Below are positions 8,822 through 17,763 of a DNA stretch of 64,000 nt, one piece after another (the first letter of the stretch is position 1; each line of letters begins with the position of its first letter). The translations under genes and the position numbers were made by a program. The notes beneath the pieces were generated by a model, which saw nothing but the letters and a program-made list of their open reading frames with translations, had not been told where the DNA came from and did not search any database. The stretch is from Verrucomicrobiaceae bacterium (GTDB taxonomy: Bacteria > Verrucomicrobiota > Verrucomicrobiia > Verrucomicrobiales > Akkermansiaceae), in NCBI GenBank assembly GCA_027484055.1, contig JAIXQH010000055.1:7758-71757 (forward strand). The letters run 5' to 3'.

Positions 8822-10161
8822 GTTCGCGCACCACCATCGCCGCCATCGCCTCGCCATCGGGTATGGGTGCGGTATCTCTACTCCGGCTCTCTGGCCCGGA
8901 TGCCATCCGCATCGCCGATCTCGCGACCTCAGGAAAAGCCTCCACGCTCCTGCCGCGCACGGTTCGCTACTGCCACGTCTTCGATGAGGACGGGCAAATT
9001 CTCGACGACGGTCTGCTAACCATTTTCCACGGCCCGAATAGCTACACCGGTGAGGACAGTGTCGAGTTCTCCGGTCACGGTGGCATCCTCGTGACCCGAG
9101 AAATTTACGCTCGTTTCCTGGCCTGTGGTGCCGTCGCCGCAGGCCCGGGCGAGTTCACCCAGCGGGCATTTCTCAATGGAAAACTCGACCTGACCCAAGC
9201 AGAGGGGGTCATGGACCTCATTTCCGCCCAGACCCGGCTCTCACTGCGCGCGGCGAGAAGCCAACTGGAAGGCACCTTGGGCCGCAGAACCACCGAAGCT
9301 CGCGATCAACTCCTTCACACCCTGGCGCATCTTGAGGCTTGCATTGATTTCCCAGAAGAAGACATCGACCCACAGACTGGGGGCATTTTACGGGGTCGAG
9401 TCTCAGAGGTGCTGGAAGTCGTCGAGTCGTTGCTCGCCACCGCCGACCAAGGGCGGGTCTTGCGAGAAGGAGTTCGCACGGTCATTTTCGGCGAGCCAAA
9501 TGTCGGAAAATCCAGCTTGCTGAACCGCCTCTTGGGCTTCGAGCGGGCCATCGTTAGCGATGTGGCGGGAACCACGAGAGACACCATCGAGGAAATCATC
9601 AATCTCCACGGCATCCCCCTGCGCTTGGTGGACACCGCCGGTGTCCGCGAGGCATCGGACCGGATCGAGGCAGAAGGCATTCAGCGCACCGTAAGGCAGA
9701 TCGAAGCCGCAGATTTGCTTTTAGAAATCGCCGACGCGAGTGCCCCCAGACCCTACGAAGCCATCCTCCCCGCCACGCATGCCAAGCGGCTGCTCATTTT
9801 AAATAAGTCCGATCTTGATGAGCATCCGTCCTGGCACGGCATAAGTGCCGTCCGACTTTCCTGTGTCACAGGATCCGGCTTGGAAGAGCTCTCAGCGTCC
9901 ATCCGGGATTCACTGCACTTCGGCCAAGTGGATTGGGGCGAACACGCGATCGCGATTAACGCACGTCACCAAGCCAGCCTCCAGCTCGCACGCACCTCGT
10001 TGCTCGCTGCCTTGACGCTTCTTGAGGACTTAGGAGTCGATCAAGAACTCGCTGCGATTGATCTCCGCGAAGCCTTAGACGCGCTTGGGGAAATCCCTGG
10101 GAAAGTCGATACCGAGGATCTTCTCGGCGTGATTTTCAGCACCTTCTGCATCGGCAAGTGA
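8818..10161 (+). CDS. mnmE: tRNA modification GTPase MnmE
   Basis: GxxNVGKSSLLN, DTAGVRE and NKSD G-motifs, with the C-terminal FCIGK tail. A GTG at 8818 overlaps the upstream TGA (GTGA); the track start at 8761 lies inside the upstream gene. Confidence 0.9.
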   Translation: MSSRTTIAAIASPSGMGAVSLLRLSGPDAIRIADLATSGKASTLLPRTVRYCHVFDEDGQILDDGLLTIFHGPNSYTGEDSVEFSGHGGILVTREIYARFLACGAVAAGPGEFTQRAFLNGKLDLTQAEGVMDLISAQTRLSLRAARSQLEGTLGRRTTEARDQLLHTLAHLEACIDFPEEDIDPQTGGILRGRVSEVLEVVESLLATADQGRVLREGVRTVIFGEPNVGKSSLLNRLLGFERAIVSDVAGTTRDTIEEIINLHGIPLRLVDTAGVREASDRIEAEGIQRTVRQIEAADLLLEIADASAPRPYEAILPATHAKRLLILNKSDLDEHPSWHGISAVRLSCVTGSGLEELSASIRDSLHFGQVDWGEHAIAINARHQASLQLARTSLLAALTLLEDLGVDQELAAIDLREALDALGEIPGKVDTEDLLGVIFSTFCIGK

Positions 10162-10165
10162 CGGA

Positions 10166-10390
10166 TCATTCCGCCTCGCCGAGGATGCGTGCTTGGTCAA
10201 AGTCGTAGGGCGTAAGCTCCAAGATGACCTGCGTGTCTGGCGCGAACGTCGCATGTGCTTCAGTCAGGGACTTGGAAAGATGAGCGAAGATGATTTTCCC
10301 GTTGGGCAACTCGACTCGAAACAGGATCGGATTGAGAGTTTCCAAGATTCTTGCGACGGCGTGGATGGTGACATCTGGCATGGTGTTCAT
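10166..10390 (-). CDS. Divergent translation initiation factor IF-1-like S1-fold protein
   Basis: ILETLNPILFRVELPNGKIIFAHLS...VILELTPYDFDQARI parallels the IF-1 core (LPN.MFRVEL.NGH.V.AH.SGK...V.VEL.PYDL..GRI). The start is uncertain (10390 or 10381). Confidence 0.7.
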   Translation of the reverse strand: MNTMPDVTIHAVARILETLNPILFRVELPNGKIIFAHLSKSLTEAHATFAPDTQVILELTPYDFDQARILGEAE

Positions 10391-10574
10391 CGACCACAGC
10401 GGAAAACGCAGCATCCGACAAGCCCCTCTCTCTTAGCAATCACGAGTCGGTGATTTTCAAGATTCAGCAGCGGAGCTTGCTTGACGAGACGCTTGAGAAA
10501 CTCAACATTCCGCGTGCCCGGTGCTTCGCCCTTGGCAGGATTTACACTCCCAATCATCCATTTAGACCTCAATC

Positions 10575-11027
10575 ATGAATTCTCGCCTCACTACTGGTTT
10601 CGCCGCGCTAGGCTGCATTTTACTGGCGTCATGCTACCCCTATGATGAGAGCCGCGGTCGGAAACCGCACCGCCGCCCAGCTCCCACTTCGGTCGCCGCA
10701 CCGGAGCAACAAGCCCTTCAAGCCCAGAGAGATGCGATGAAGGCCAAAGAGGATCTTGCACGCCAAGAAGCCGCTAAAATCGCGGCCCAAGCCCCGACGC
10801 CCACGGCTCCAACCCTGCCGACCACCCCCACGCCACAGCCACCCGCACCGCCGGTCGTCGAGAAGAAGCCAGAATACAAATATGCCACCAAAATCCCTGG
10901 TAAAGAGGGCTTTGTGTTCAGTCCTTATAACAACAAAATGATCGACGTCCGCGGCATGGCCAGTGGCACCCTCGTGCAAGATCCCACTTACACCGGTGAT
11001 GGAAAAGGCTATTTCCGCGTTCCATAA
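10575..11027 (+). CDS. Lipoprotein, Pro-rich linker, unknown C-terminal domain
   Basis: Signal peptide with lipobox LLASC, followed by a Pro/Ala/Thr-rich low-complexity linker. Confidence 0.7.
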   Translation: MNSRLTTGFAALGCILLASCYPYDESRGRKPHRRPAPTSVAAPEQQALQAQRDAMKAKEDLARQEAAKIAAQAPTPTAPTLPTTPTPQPPAPPVVEKKPEYKYATKIPGKEGFVFSPYNNKMIDVRGMASGTLVQDPTYTGDGKGYFRVP

Positions 11028-11064
11028 CCTTCATCCCTCCCGGTAACACCTTGCTCAGGAAAAC

Positions 11065-11104
11065 CGACCGGGTCCGGCGAAATGGACCCGGTCGTTTGCT
11101 GTTT
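11065..11104 (+). terminator. Strong hairpin plus T-rich tail (putative terminator or attenuator)
   Basis: cgaccgggtcc-ggcgaaat-ggacccggtcg forms a perfect 11-bp stem, followed by tttgctgttt. It ends 1 nt before the tyrA ATG. Confidence 0.55.
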
Positions 11105-11965
11105 ATGAAGAACGATTTTCAACACATTACCATCCTCGGAGCCGGCCTGCTTGGTGGCTCCATGGCGCTTGCTCTCGCGTCACTCGCGCGGCCCCCCAAG
11201 ATCCGCCTTTGGGCTAGAAAACAAGAAACCGTGGACGCCGCGCTCGGACTCGGCATCGCAGGGGTGACGGCGGATCTCAAGGCTGCCGTCGCAGAGGCCG
11301 ATCTCCTCATCTTATCCGTCCCAGTCGGCTCGATGGCCGCTCTACTCGAAGCCGCTCTCGCAGCAGGCCTCCCCGAGCACTGCCTCGTCACCGACGTGGG
11401 CAGTGTGAAGCGCGTGCCTCACCAGCAGATTTCAAAGATTCTCCATGGTCGCACGCAGTCCTTCATCGGCAGCCACCCCATGGCGGGTTCTGAGCGGAAT
11501 GGCCTAGCCGCCATCTCCCCCACCCTCTTCCAAAATGCCGCCTGCTTGCTGACCAATGATGAACAGGTCGCGCCCGCTCTCACCTCGGCTCTGGAAGATT
11601 TCTGGAAATCCCTAGGCTGCCGCACTTCATGGATGAGTGCCGCAGACCATGACGAACTGGTCGCCCGCATCAGCCACCTGCCACACGTCATCGCCGCCAG
11701 CGCCGCTCGTGTCTGCTTGAAAGAACCTGCCGATGCCCGCTTCGGCGGCGGCGGACTTCGGGACACCACCCGCGTCGCCGCAGGAAATCCGCCGATGTGG
11801 GCGGAAATCGTCACCGAAAACCGCGCAGCTCTCATCGGCCCGCTTCAGGAAACTATCGCTGACCTTCGCGAAATTCTTGCCATCCTTGAGCGTGGCGACC
11901 AAGAACAAGCGCGAGATTGGTTAAGCACAGCCAAGCAGCGACGCGACCCACTCAACTCACTTTAA
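11105..11965 (+). CDS. tyrA: Prephenate dehydrogenase
   Basis: ITILGAGLLGGS Rossmann motif and a GSHPMAGSE block. The ATG at 11105 is preferred over the track start at 11051, which would span the hairpin. Confidence 0.85.
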   Translation: MKNDFQHITILGAGLLGGSMALALASLARPPKIRLWARKQETVDAALGLGIAGVTADLKAAVAEADLLILSVPVGSMAALLEAALAAGLPEHCLVTDVGSVKRVPHQQISKILHGRTQSFIGSHPMAGSERNGLAAISPTLFQNAACLLTNDEQVAPALTSALEDFWKSLGCRTSWMSAADHDELVARISHLPHVIAASAARVCLKEPADARFGGGGLRDTTRVAAGNPPMWAEIVTENRAALIGPLQETIADLREILAILERGDQEQARDWLSTAKQRRDPLNSL

Positions 11966-11987
11966 CAGCCCTTTTTTGCCACTTCAG

Positions 11988-13340
11988 ATGTCGGAATTTC
12001 GAGTCAAAGCCATTTCAAATCTCCATGCCGAATTCAGCGTCCCCGGAGACAAAAGCATGTCGCACCGCGCCGCCATCCTCGGCGGACTTTCCAACGGCAC
12101 CTGCACTATTCGCAATTTCCTACCCAGCGAGGACTGCATCAACACTCTAAATGCCATGCGGGCACTCGGTGCCACGTATGAAATCCTCGACTCGCTCGAA
12201 GGCTACGGCCCCGTCAATCTACGGATTCATGGCCAGTCGATGAGGCTCAGCCAAGCCGCCGCCCCCATCGACTGTGGAAATGCCGGCACTGGCATGCGCC
12301 TGCTCGCTGGACTGCTCGCCGGCCAAACGTTTTCCACCGAACTCTTCGGCGACGCCTCGCTCTCCTCACGGCCGATGGGTCGCGTGACCATCCCGCTCGG
12401 CCAAATGGGTGCCACCATCGAGACCCGCGGTGAAAAACCCGGCTGCGCTCCCCTCTTCATCCACGCCGCTAAACTCCAAGCCATCACCTACGAAATGCCG
12501 ATGGCCAGCGCCCAGGTGAAAAGCGCCGTGCTGCTTGCAGGAATGTTCGCCGAGGGAAAAACCACCGTGATCCAGCCCGCCGAAACGCGGGACCACACAG
12601 AACGCATGCTCGCCTCCTTCCACGTCAGCACTCGTCACGAAGGCAATGCCATCTCCATCTACGGCGGCCAAATCCCGCAATCCTGCGACTTCACCGTGCC
12701 GGGAGACATCTCCAGTGCCGCCTTCTGGCTCGTCGCTGCCGCCGCGCTTCCCGGCTCGCGCTTGCTCATCAAGGACGTGGGCCTGAATCCGACCCGCACC
12801 GCCATTCTCAAAGTCCTCAGCCGCATGGGTGCCCACATGAGCGAAATCGTCCACCACTCTGCGGGCGAGCCGATTGGCAACATCGAGATCCACGGCGCTG
12901 CGCTCAAGGGCACGACCATCCTCATCGAAGAGGTGCCGAATTTAATCGATGAAATCCCCGTCATCGCCGTGGCCGCAGCGCTCGCCCAAGGTCGCACCAT
13001 CATTCGGAATGCCAAGGAACTCCGCGTCAAAGAAACCGACCGCATCACCACCGTGGTCGAAGGCCTCCGCGCCATGGGTGCTCACGTCGATGAGTTCGAA
13101 GACGGCATGGAAATCGAAGGCGGCCAGCCGCTCCACGGTGCCACCATTGACAGTTGTGGCGACCACCGCATCGCCATGGCCTTCGCCATCGCCGGGCTTT
13201 TTGCCAAGGGTGAAACCGTGATCAAAAACACCGAGTGCGTGAACACCTCCTACCCCGGCTTTTCTCATCACTTAAACGCCATCCGCCACGAGCGGTCCAG
13301 TCCCGCCGACTTCACCCTCCCTACCACTGCCCACGCATGA
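11988..13340 (+). CDS. aroA: 3-phosphoshikimate 1-carboxyvinyltransferase (EPSP synthase)
   Basis: VPGDKSMSHRA, LDCGNAGTGMRLL, VKETDRI and DHRIAMAFA motifs. The stop overlaps the cmk ATG (ATGA). Confidence 0.95.
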   Translation: MSEFRVKAISNLHAEFSVPGDKSMSHRAAILGGLSNGTCTIRNFLPSEDCINTLNAMRALGATYEILDSLEGYGPVNLRIHGQSMRLSQAAAPIDCGNAGTGMRLLAGLLAGQTFSTELFGDASLSSRPMGRVTIPLGQMGATIETRGEKPGCAPLFIHAAKLQAITYEMPMASAQVKSAVLLAGMFAEGKTTVIQPAETRDHTERMLASFHVSTRHEGNAISIYGGQIPQSCDFTVPGDISSAAFWLVAAAALPGSRLLIKDVGLNPTRTAILKVLSRMGAHMSEIVHHSAGEPIGNIEIHGAALKGTTILIEEVPNLIDEIPVIAVAAALAQGRTIIRNAKELRVKETDRITTVVEGLRAMGAHVDEFEDGMEIEGGQPLHGATIDSCGDHRIAMAFAIAGLFAKGETVIKNTECVNTSYPGFSHHLNAIRHERSSPADFTLPTTAHA

Positions 13341-14014
13341 GTTCTGACCCCGCCGCCATTCGACGATTTGCCATCGCCATCGACGGCCCGGCCGCCTCTG
13401 GGAAAAGCACGGTTGCCAAGGAAATTGCGAAACGCCTTGGTCTCGTAATGGTCAATTCAGGGGAAATGTACCGCGCAGTGACGTGGAAAGCGCTACAGGA
13501 AAACATCGACTCCAGTGACAGCGCCGCCGTCGTCGCCATGCTCGGACGCATCGACATCCAATGCGGGGAAATCGGCATGAGTTCCACCTGCACCATCGAT
13601 GGCGAGAACCCTAGCGACGAGCTCCGCAGTGAGGCGGTGAACTCGAACGTCTCCGCCATTTCCGCCATCCCTGAGGTCCGCGCCCTCCTGACCACTCTCC
13701 AACGGAACTACCTCGACCGCACAAGTATCATCATGGAAGGCCGCGACATCGGCTCCGTGGTTTTTCCAGATACACCGTTCAAAATTTACGTCGATGCGGA
13801 CCAAGCTGTCCGCAACGCCCGTCGCTCCGACGCCGGTGAGGCAGACTCCGTCCACGAACGCGACACCGCAGACAGCACCCGCAAGAACGCCCCGCTCGTC
13901 ATCGCCGACGGGGCAGTGGTGCTTGATAACTCTCACCACACCGTGGAAAGCGCCGTGGAGGCCGCCATCGCCATTCTCAAACAACAAGGTCTGCCAGACA
14001 TCTATCTCTCGTGA
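13337..14014 (+). CDS. cmk: Cytidylate kinase
   Basis: IAIDGPAASGKSTVAKEIA P-loop. The ATG at 13337 is chosen; the track start at 13235 is inside aroA. Confidence 0.9.
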   Translation: MSSDPAAIRRFAIAIDGPAASGKSTVAKEIAKRLGLVMVNSGEMYRAVTWKALQENIDSSDSAAVVAMLGRIDIQCGEIGMSSTCTIDGENPSDELRSEAVNSNVSAISAIPEVRALLTTLQRNYLDRTSIIMEGRDIGSVVFPDTPFKIYVDADQAVRNARRSDAGEADSVHERDTADSTRKNAPLVIADGAVVLDNSHHTVESAVEAAIAILKQQGLPDIYLS

Positions 14015-14634
14015 AATCAGAAACTCCTATGCGCTGGGTCTATTGGTTTGGTTGGATGCTCTTCGGAGCCGCATTTCGCACGCTTTTCGGGCTGAAAATC
14101 GTGGGTGAGGAGCACCTCATCACGGAGGGACCAGTGCTCGTTGCATCGAATCATCAGAGCTTCCTTGATCCCCCGCTCATCGGGAACCTGTACCAGACTG
14201 AGATGGTCTTCCTCGCGCGAAAGACCTTATTTGTCGGTTTTTTCAAATGGCTCTACCCGCAGTGGAATGCCATCCCGGTGGACCAAGACCGCCCGGACAT
14301 GAGCAGTTTGAAAACGATCATCCGCAAGCTCAAGGATGGCCACCGCGTGTTGGTCTTTCCCGAAGGCCAGCGCACGCTCGACGGAGAAATCGGCGAGGCC
14401 GCGCCCGGCATCGGCCTAATCGCTGCGAAATCAGGCGCAGTCATCCAGCCGGTGCGGATTTACGGGGCACGTGAAGCCCTGCCACGTGGCTCTGCCAGAA
14501 TCCATTTCGCCCGCATCACCGTGGTGGTGGGTAAGCCGATTTTCCTCACCGCGACCGAGCAGAAAGCCGCTCGGGGCAAGGAAGACTACGAGGAAATCAC
14601 CGCGCGGATCATGGGCGCGATTTCGGCCCTGTGA
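14011..14634 (+). CDS. plsC: 1-acyl-sn-glycerol-3-phosphate acyltransferase
   Basis: NHQSFLDP (HX4D) and FPEGQRT motifs. The start is GTG 14011 (overlapping the cmk stop) or ATG 14029. Confidence 0.85.
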   Translation: MKSETPMRWVYWFGWMLFGAAFRTLFGLKIVGEEHLITEGPVLVASNHQSFLDPPLIGNLYQTEMVFLARKTLFVGFFKWLYPQWNAIPVDQDRPDMSSLKTIIRKLKDGHRVLVFPEGQRTLDGEIGEAAPGIGLIAAKSGAVIQPVRIYGAREALPRGSARIHFARITVVVGKPIFLTATEQKAARGKEDYEEITARIMGAISAL

Positions 14635-15040
14635 GCACATTTTCCCGTGCCCAAAGCCAGCCGAGCAGTAGGAAATAGCCAGTGAATTCTGCCGCCTTAG
14701 CCCAATACTGAATCGGTGCCTCGCCGCCGTGGCAGCCGCAGGAAATGTCCAGTCCCTTGAACCACGCCCAGCCGACAGAGATGGAAAAGACGCCGACCAA
14801 GCCCGCCACCGTCATGATCGCCCCGCGCCGTAGGATGCCGAGCATGAGGCAGAGCCCGGCGATCAGTTCGAGCCACGGCACCGAGTAAGCCGCTACGGCA
14901 TCCCAGGGAGCTTTGACCAGTTGGTAATTCGCCACATCCCGCGTGAAGCGGTCCAGGCCGGTGCCAAAGATTTTCAGGCCACCACTGTAAACGAACCAAG
15001 TGCCAATAAGGACACGGGCAATGAGGGCAGCGGGGTTCAT
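14609..15040 (-). CDS. DoxX/MauE-family membrane protein
   Basis: Four TM helices and a CGCHGG motif typical of MauE/DoxX-like proteins. Its 3' end overlaps the plsC 3' end convergently. Confidence 0.7.
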   Translation of the reverse strand: MNPAALIARVLIGTWFVYSGGLKIFGTGLDRFTRDVANYQLVKAPWDAVAAYSVPWLELIAGLCLMLGILRRGAIMTVAGLVGVFSISVGWAWFKGLDISCGCHGGEAPIQYWAKAAEFTGYFLLLGWLWARENVLTGPKSRP

Positions 15041-15234
15041 GGTGATGAGTTAGCTCAGGTGCAGGAGAGATGAAAGCCTGAATCATTCAAAAATAGTCAT
15101 TACCGCTTCGAGGTAAGCAGATAGGTCCATTGGCTGAATGGGAATATGAAGTGTGTCGGATTGCTATTTTTCGCCTAAGGTTTGAGTGCTCCTACGGGAG
15201 ATAATGGAAGGAAAATGGTATGAGATTGAGGTGC

Positions 15235-15840
15235 TTATGGCCCGTTAGGAGGCACGACTTGCTCGACATTCTGCGTGATGTTGATGCTCGTTGGTGGCAT
15301 ATCGAGAAGTATGGGAGACTCCTTCGCCTTCATGTCTAGAGGAATTCTGGCTCCCTGACCCACCCATGGACGACCATGCAAACGAATGCGTAGGAAGTAT
15401 GATTTGGCGTCTGCAATTGGGACGACCCACCCGCGACCACCCACTACAAGAATATACGAGTCTTGCGCGTTCTGCCTCATCGAAATTCCCCCATGGGAAA
15501 TGAGCCAATCAAGACGCGATCCATATGGCAGCATATAAAATTGGGTGCTGAACATGATGCTGGCCGCCGAGCCTCCGGACGGCTGCGGTACGGGCTTGCC
15601 TTCGGAATCTAGCAGTTCGGCAACGATTCCAGTAACTCGATCTCCAGACCATGTGACATTGGAATCATGAATGTTCTCCAATCGTAAATATACTTTAAGA
15701 ACATGTGGAAATTTGTTTTGAGGGTCAGGCGAGTCCTGAAAAACCAGCGATGCCTTGACTGCCTTTGCAAACGAGTTCTCGTCAGCTGATGCGGCAATAA
15801 CGCCGACTAGTAACAGAATCGTTGGAACGAGGAATCTCAT
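15235..15840 (-). CDS. Hypothetical secreted protein (AT-rich orphan)
   Basis: The ATG at 15840 gives MRFLVPTILLLVGVIAASA, a signal peptide. The track start at 15951 runs into the repeat element. No family recognised. Confidence 0.55.
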   Translation of the reverse strand: MRFLVPTILLLVGVIAASADENSFAKAVKASLVFQDSPDPQNKFPHVLKVYLRLENIHDSNVTWSGDRVTGIVAELLDSEGKPVPQPSGGSAASIMFSTQFYMLPYGSRLDWLISHGGISMRQNAQDSYILVVGGRGWVVPIADAKSYFLRIRLHGRPWVGQGARIPLDMKAKESPILLDMPPTSINITQNVEQVVPPNGP

Positions 15841-15934
15841 CTTGTTGTCTTGTCGAACAGCGTAATTTATTCCAGCAATCAATGGAGAAAATCGGACATC
15901 TGGTCGAGAATATTCTGATGAGTTTAAACACAGG

Positions 15935-16105
15935 CATCTAAACGAGAGCAACTTAGCCGTTTAGATTCATGTATTTGATCACGCGACGTTGTGCAGCATC
16001 TTTGGTTTTTGCCGCACGCCTTGGGTGCCGAGTTCGTTCCTCCAAGGATCTGTGGTAGTCACAGACCCTTGATCATTTAGGATCATGAGCTAAGGAAAGA
16101 ATTGG
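15935..16105. repeat. ~171-bp conserved intergenic element, copy A
   Basis: Aligns colinearly with 28039-28209. Shared exact blocks are catctaaacgagag, agcatctttggtttttg, gccgagttcgttcctc, aaggatctgtg, gtcacaga and atcatttaggat. Confidence 0.75.
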
Positions 16106-16304
16106 AGGTTGGGTATCATCCAAAACTCCGCGCTTTTCTCTGCGGACTCCCCGTCTCAGCGTTTCGTTTTTATCTCCCTCATTTCCATTGGCTTTCGAGA
16201 AGGACAGCGGACGGGTTCCATTGCGGGTGTTGTGGAAGCTTCCGGCCGACAGGATGTCGGCAGGAGAAAGTCGATAGGATATCGACGCTCCGTCTTGAGA
16301 GCGA

Positions 16305-17699
16305 CTAAACCGGCTGGAGGAAACGCCGTTGCGCCTCGGCCTCGGGATGGTGCGGCAGGCTTTCATTCGAGGACTTGGTGTCTGCGAGCAGCTCGTCGCG
16401 GAATTTCCCGATGATGGCTTCGACCGGCCATGAGGATGCTTCGCCAAAGGCGCAGATGGTGCGGCCGTCGATTTGGTAGGCCACGCTTTCCAAGGTTTCG
16501 ATGTCGGAGGGGCTGGCGGTGCCTTCGACGAGACGGTCGGAGATTTTTTTCATCCACGTCGAGCCTTCGCGGCATGGGGTGCATTGGCCGCAGGATTCGT
16601 GGGCGTAGAAGGCGTTGAGGTTGTTGAGCACCCAGGACATTTTGCGAGTGTCATCGAGCACGATCACGCCGCCGGAGCCAGCCATGGAGCCGCAGGCGGC
16701 GAGGGTGTCGAAGTCCATTTGAATGTCCCAGAAGGCGAGGTCTTTCGCGCTACCATCTGGATTTTTCAGTTTGAAGACTTCATCGCATTTGAGGATCTTG
16801 GAGGACGAGCCGCCGGGGATGACGGCTTTGAACTCGCGGCCCTCTTTCGGTCCGCCGCACATGTCGTAGAGCAGCTCGCGCATGGTAATTTTCCCGACTT
16901 CCACTTCGAAATAACCGGGGTTTTTCACATCGCCAGAGACGCAGAGGATACGGGTGCCAGTGTTCCGTGCCACGCCGAGCTTGGCGTATTCGTCGCCACC
17001 CATGTTGACGATGTGTTTCACATGGCAGAGCGATTCCACGTTGTTCACGATGGTCGGGCACATGTAGAGGCCGAGGGCTGCGGGGAAATACGGCGGCTTG
17101 ATGCGTGGGTAAGGGCGCTTGCCTTCGAGCGACTCGATGAGGCCGGTTTCTTCACCGCAGATGTAGGCACCTGCGCCGCGGTGGACGTAGATTTCCACAT
17201 CGAAGCCGGAGCCTAGCACGTTTTTACCGAGGAAATTTTTGGCCCGGGCTTCTTCGATGGCGCGCTCGACGATGAGGGCCGCTTCTGGAAATTCCTCGCG
17301 GATGTAGATGTAGGCGGTCTTCGCACCGACGGCGTAGGCCGAGATGACCATGCCTTCCACGAGCTGATGCGGGTCTTGGTGGAGGATGTAGCGGTCCTTG
17401 AAAGTGCCTGGCTCGGACTCGTCGCCATTGCAAATGAGGTAAACGGGCTTGGTGTTATTCGGCGGGATGAAAGTCCATTTCATGCCGGTCGGGAAACCCG
17501 CGCCACCACGACCACGGAGGCCGGATTTTTTCACTTCCTCGGTGATGTCCTTGGGCTGCATGCCGAAGGCTTTTTTCAGGGCGTCATAGCCGCCGTCGCG
17601 GAGGTAACACTCGATGGATGGGTCCCAGCCTTCGCGGTCCACGTTTTTAAAAATAAGCCGATGTTCCCGGGCGTGTGGCTGCTTGGTGTAAGTGATCAT
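16305..17699 (-). CDS. nuoF: NADH-quinone oxidoreductase subunit F-like (FMN/NADH-binding, 4Fe-4S)
   Basis: SGLRGRGGAGFPTGMKW, GAGAYICGEETGLIESLEG and ESCGQCTPCREG motifs. Confidence 0.9.
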   Translation of the reverse strand: MITYTKQPHAREHRLIFKNVDREGWDPSIECYLRDGGYDALKKAFGMQPKDITEEVKKSGLRGRGGAGFPTGMKWTFIPPNNTKPVYLICNGDESEPGTFKDRYILHQDPHQLVEGMVISAYAVGAKTAYIYIREEFPEAALIVERAIEEARAKNFLGKNVLGSGFDVEIYVHRGAGAYICGEETGLIESLEGKRPYPRIKPPYFPAALGLYMCPTIVNNVESLCHVKHIVNMGGDEYAKLGVARNTGTRILCVSGDVKNPGYFEVEVGKITMRELLYDMCGGPKEGREFKAVIPGGSSSKILKCDEVFKLKNPDGSAKDLAFWDIQMDFDTLAACGSMAGSGGVIVLDDTRKMSWVLNNLNAFYAHESCGQCTPCREGSTWMKKISDRLVEGTASPSDIETLESVAYQIDGRTICAFGEASSWPVEAIIGKFRDELLADTKSSNESLPHHPEAEAQRRFLQPV

Positions 17700-17763
17700 G
17701 CGGAATCGTGTGCCGGAGTATGGTCAGGGAACGCCATCACGCAAAACCCAATTTTGGCAAAAT

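Noticed and set aside
15980-16090. Possible small peptides inside the 171-bp element (a 35-codon ORF in copy A; the mini-ORF ATG ATY AAG xxT CTG TGA giving MIKGL/MIKHL in both copies)
   Set aside because: The 35-codon frame is broken by TAA in copy B. The 5-codon mini-ORF coincides with the conserved hairpin sequence, so its conservation needs no coding explanation. It remains a remote leader-peptide possibility.
16073-16447. 124-aa minus-strand ORF spanning the nuoF 3' end and the motif cluster
   Set aside because: It overlaps nuoF out of frame, and the rest is read through REP-like GC-rich motifs (..RREKRG..). This is a typical artefact of those repeats.
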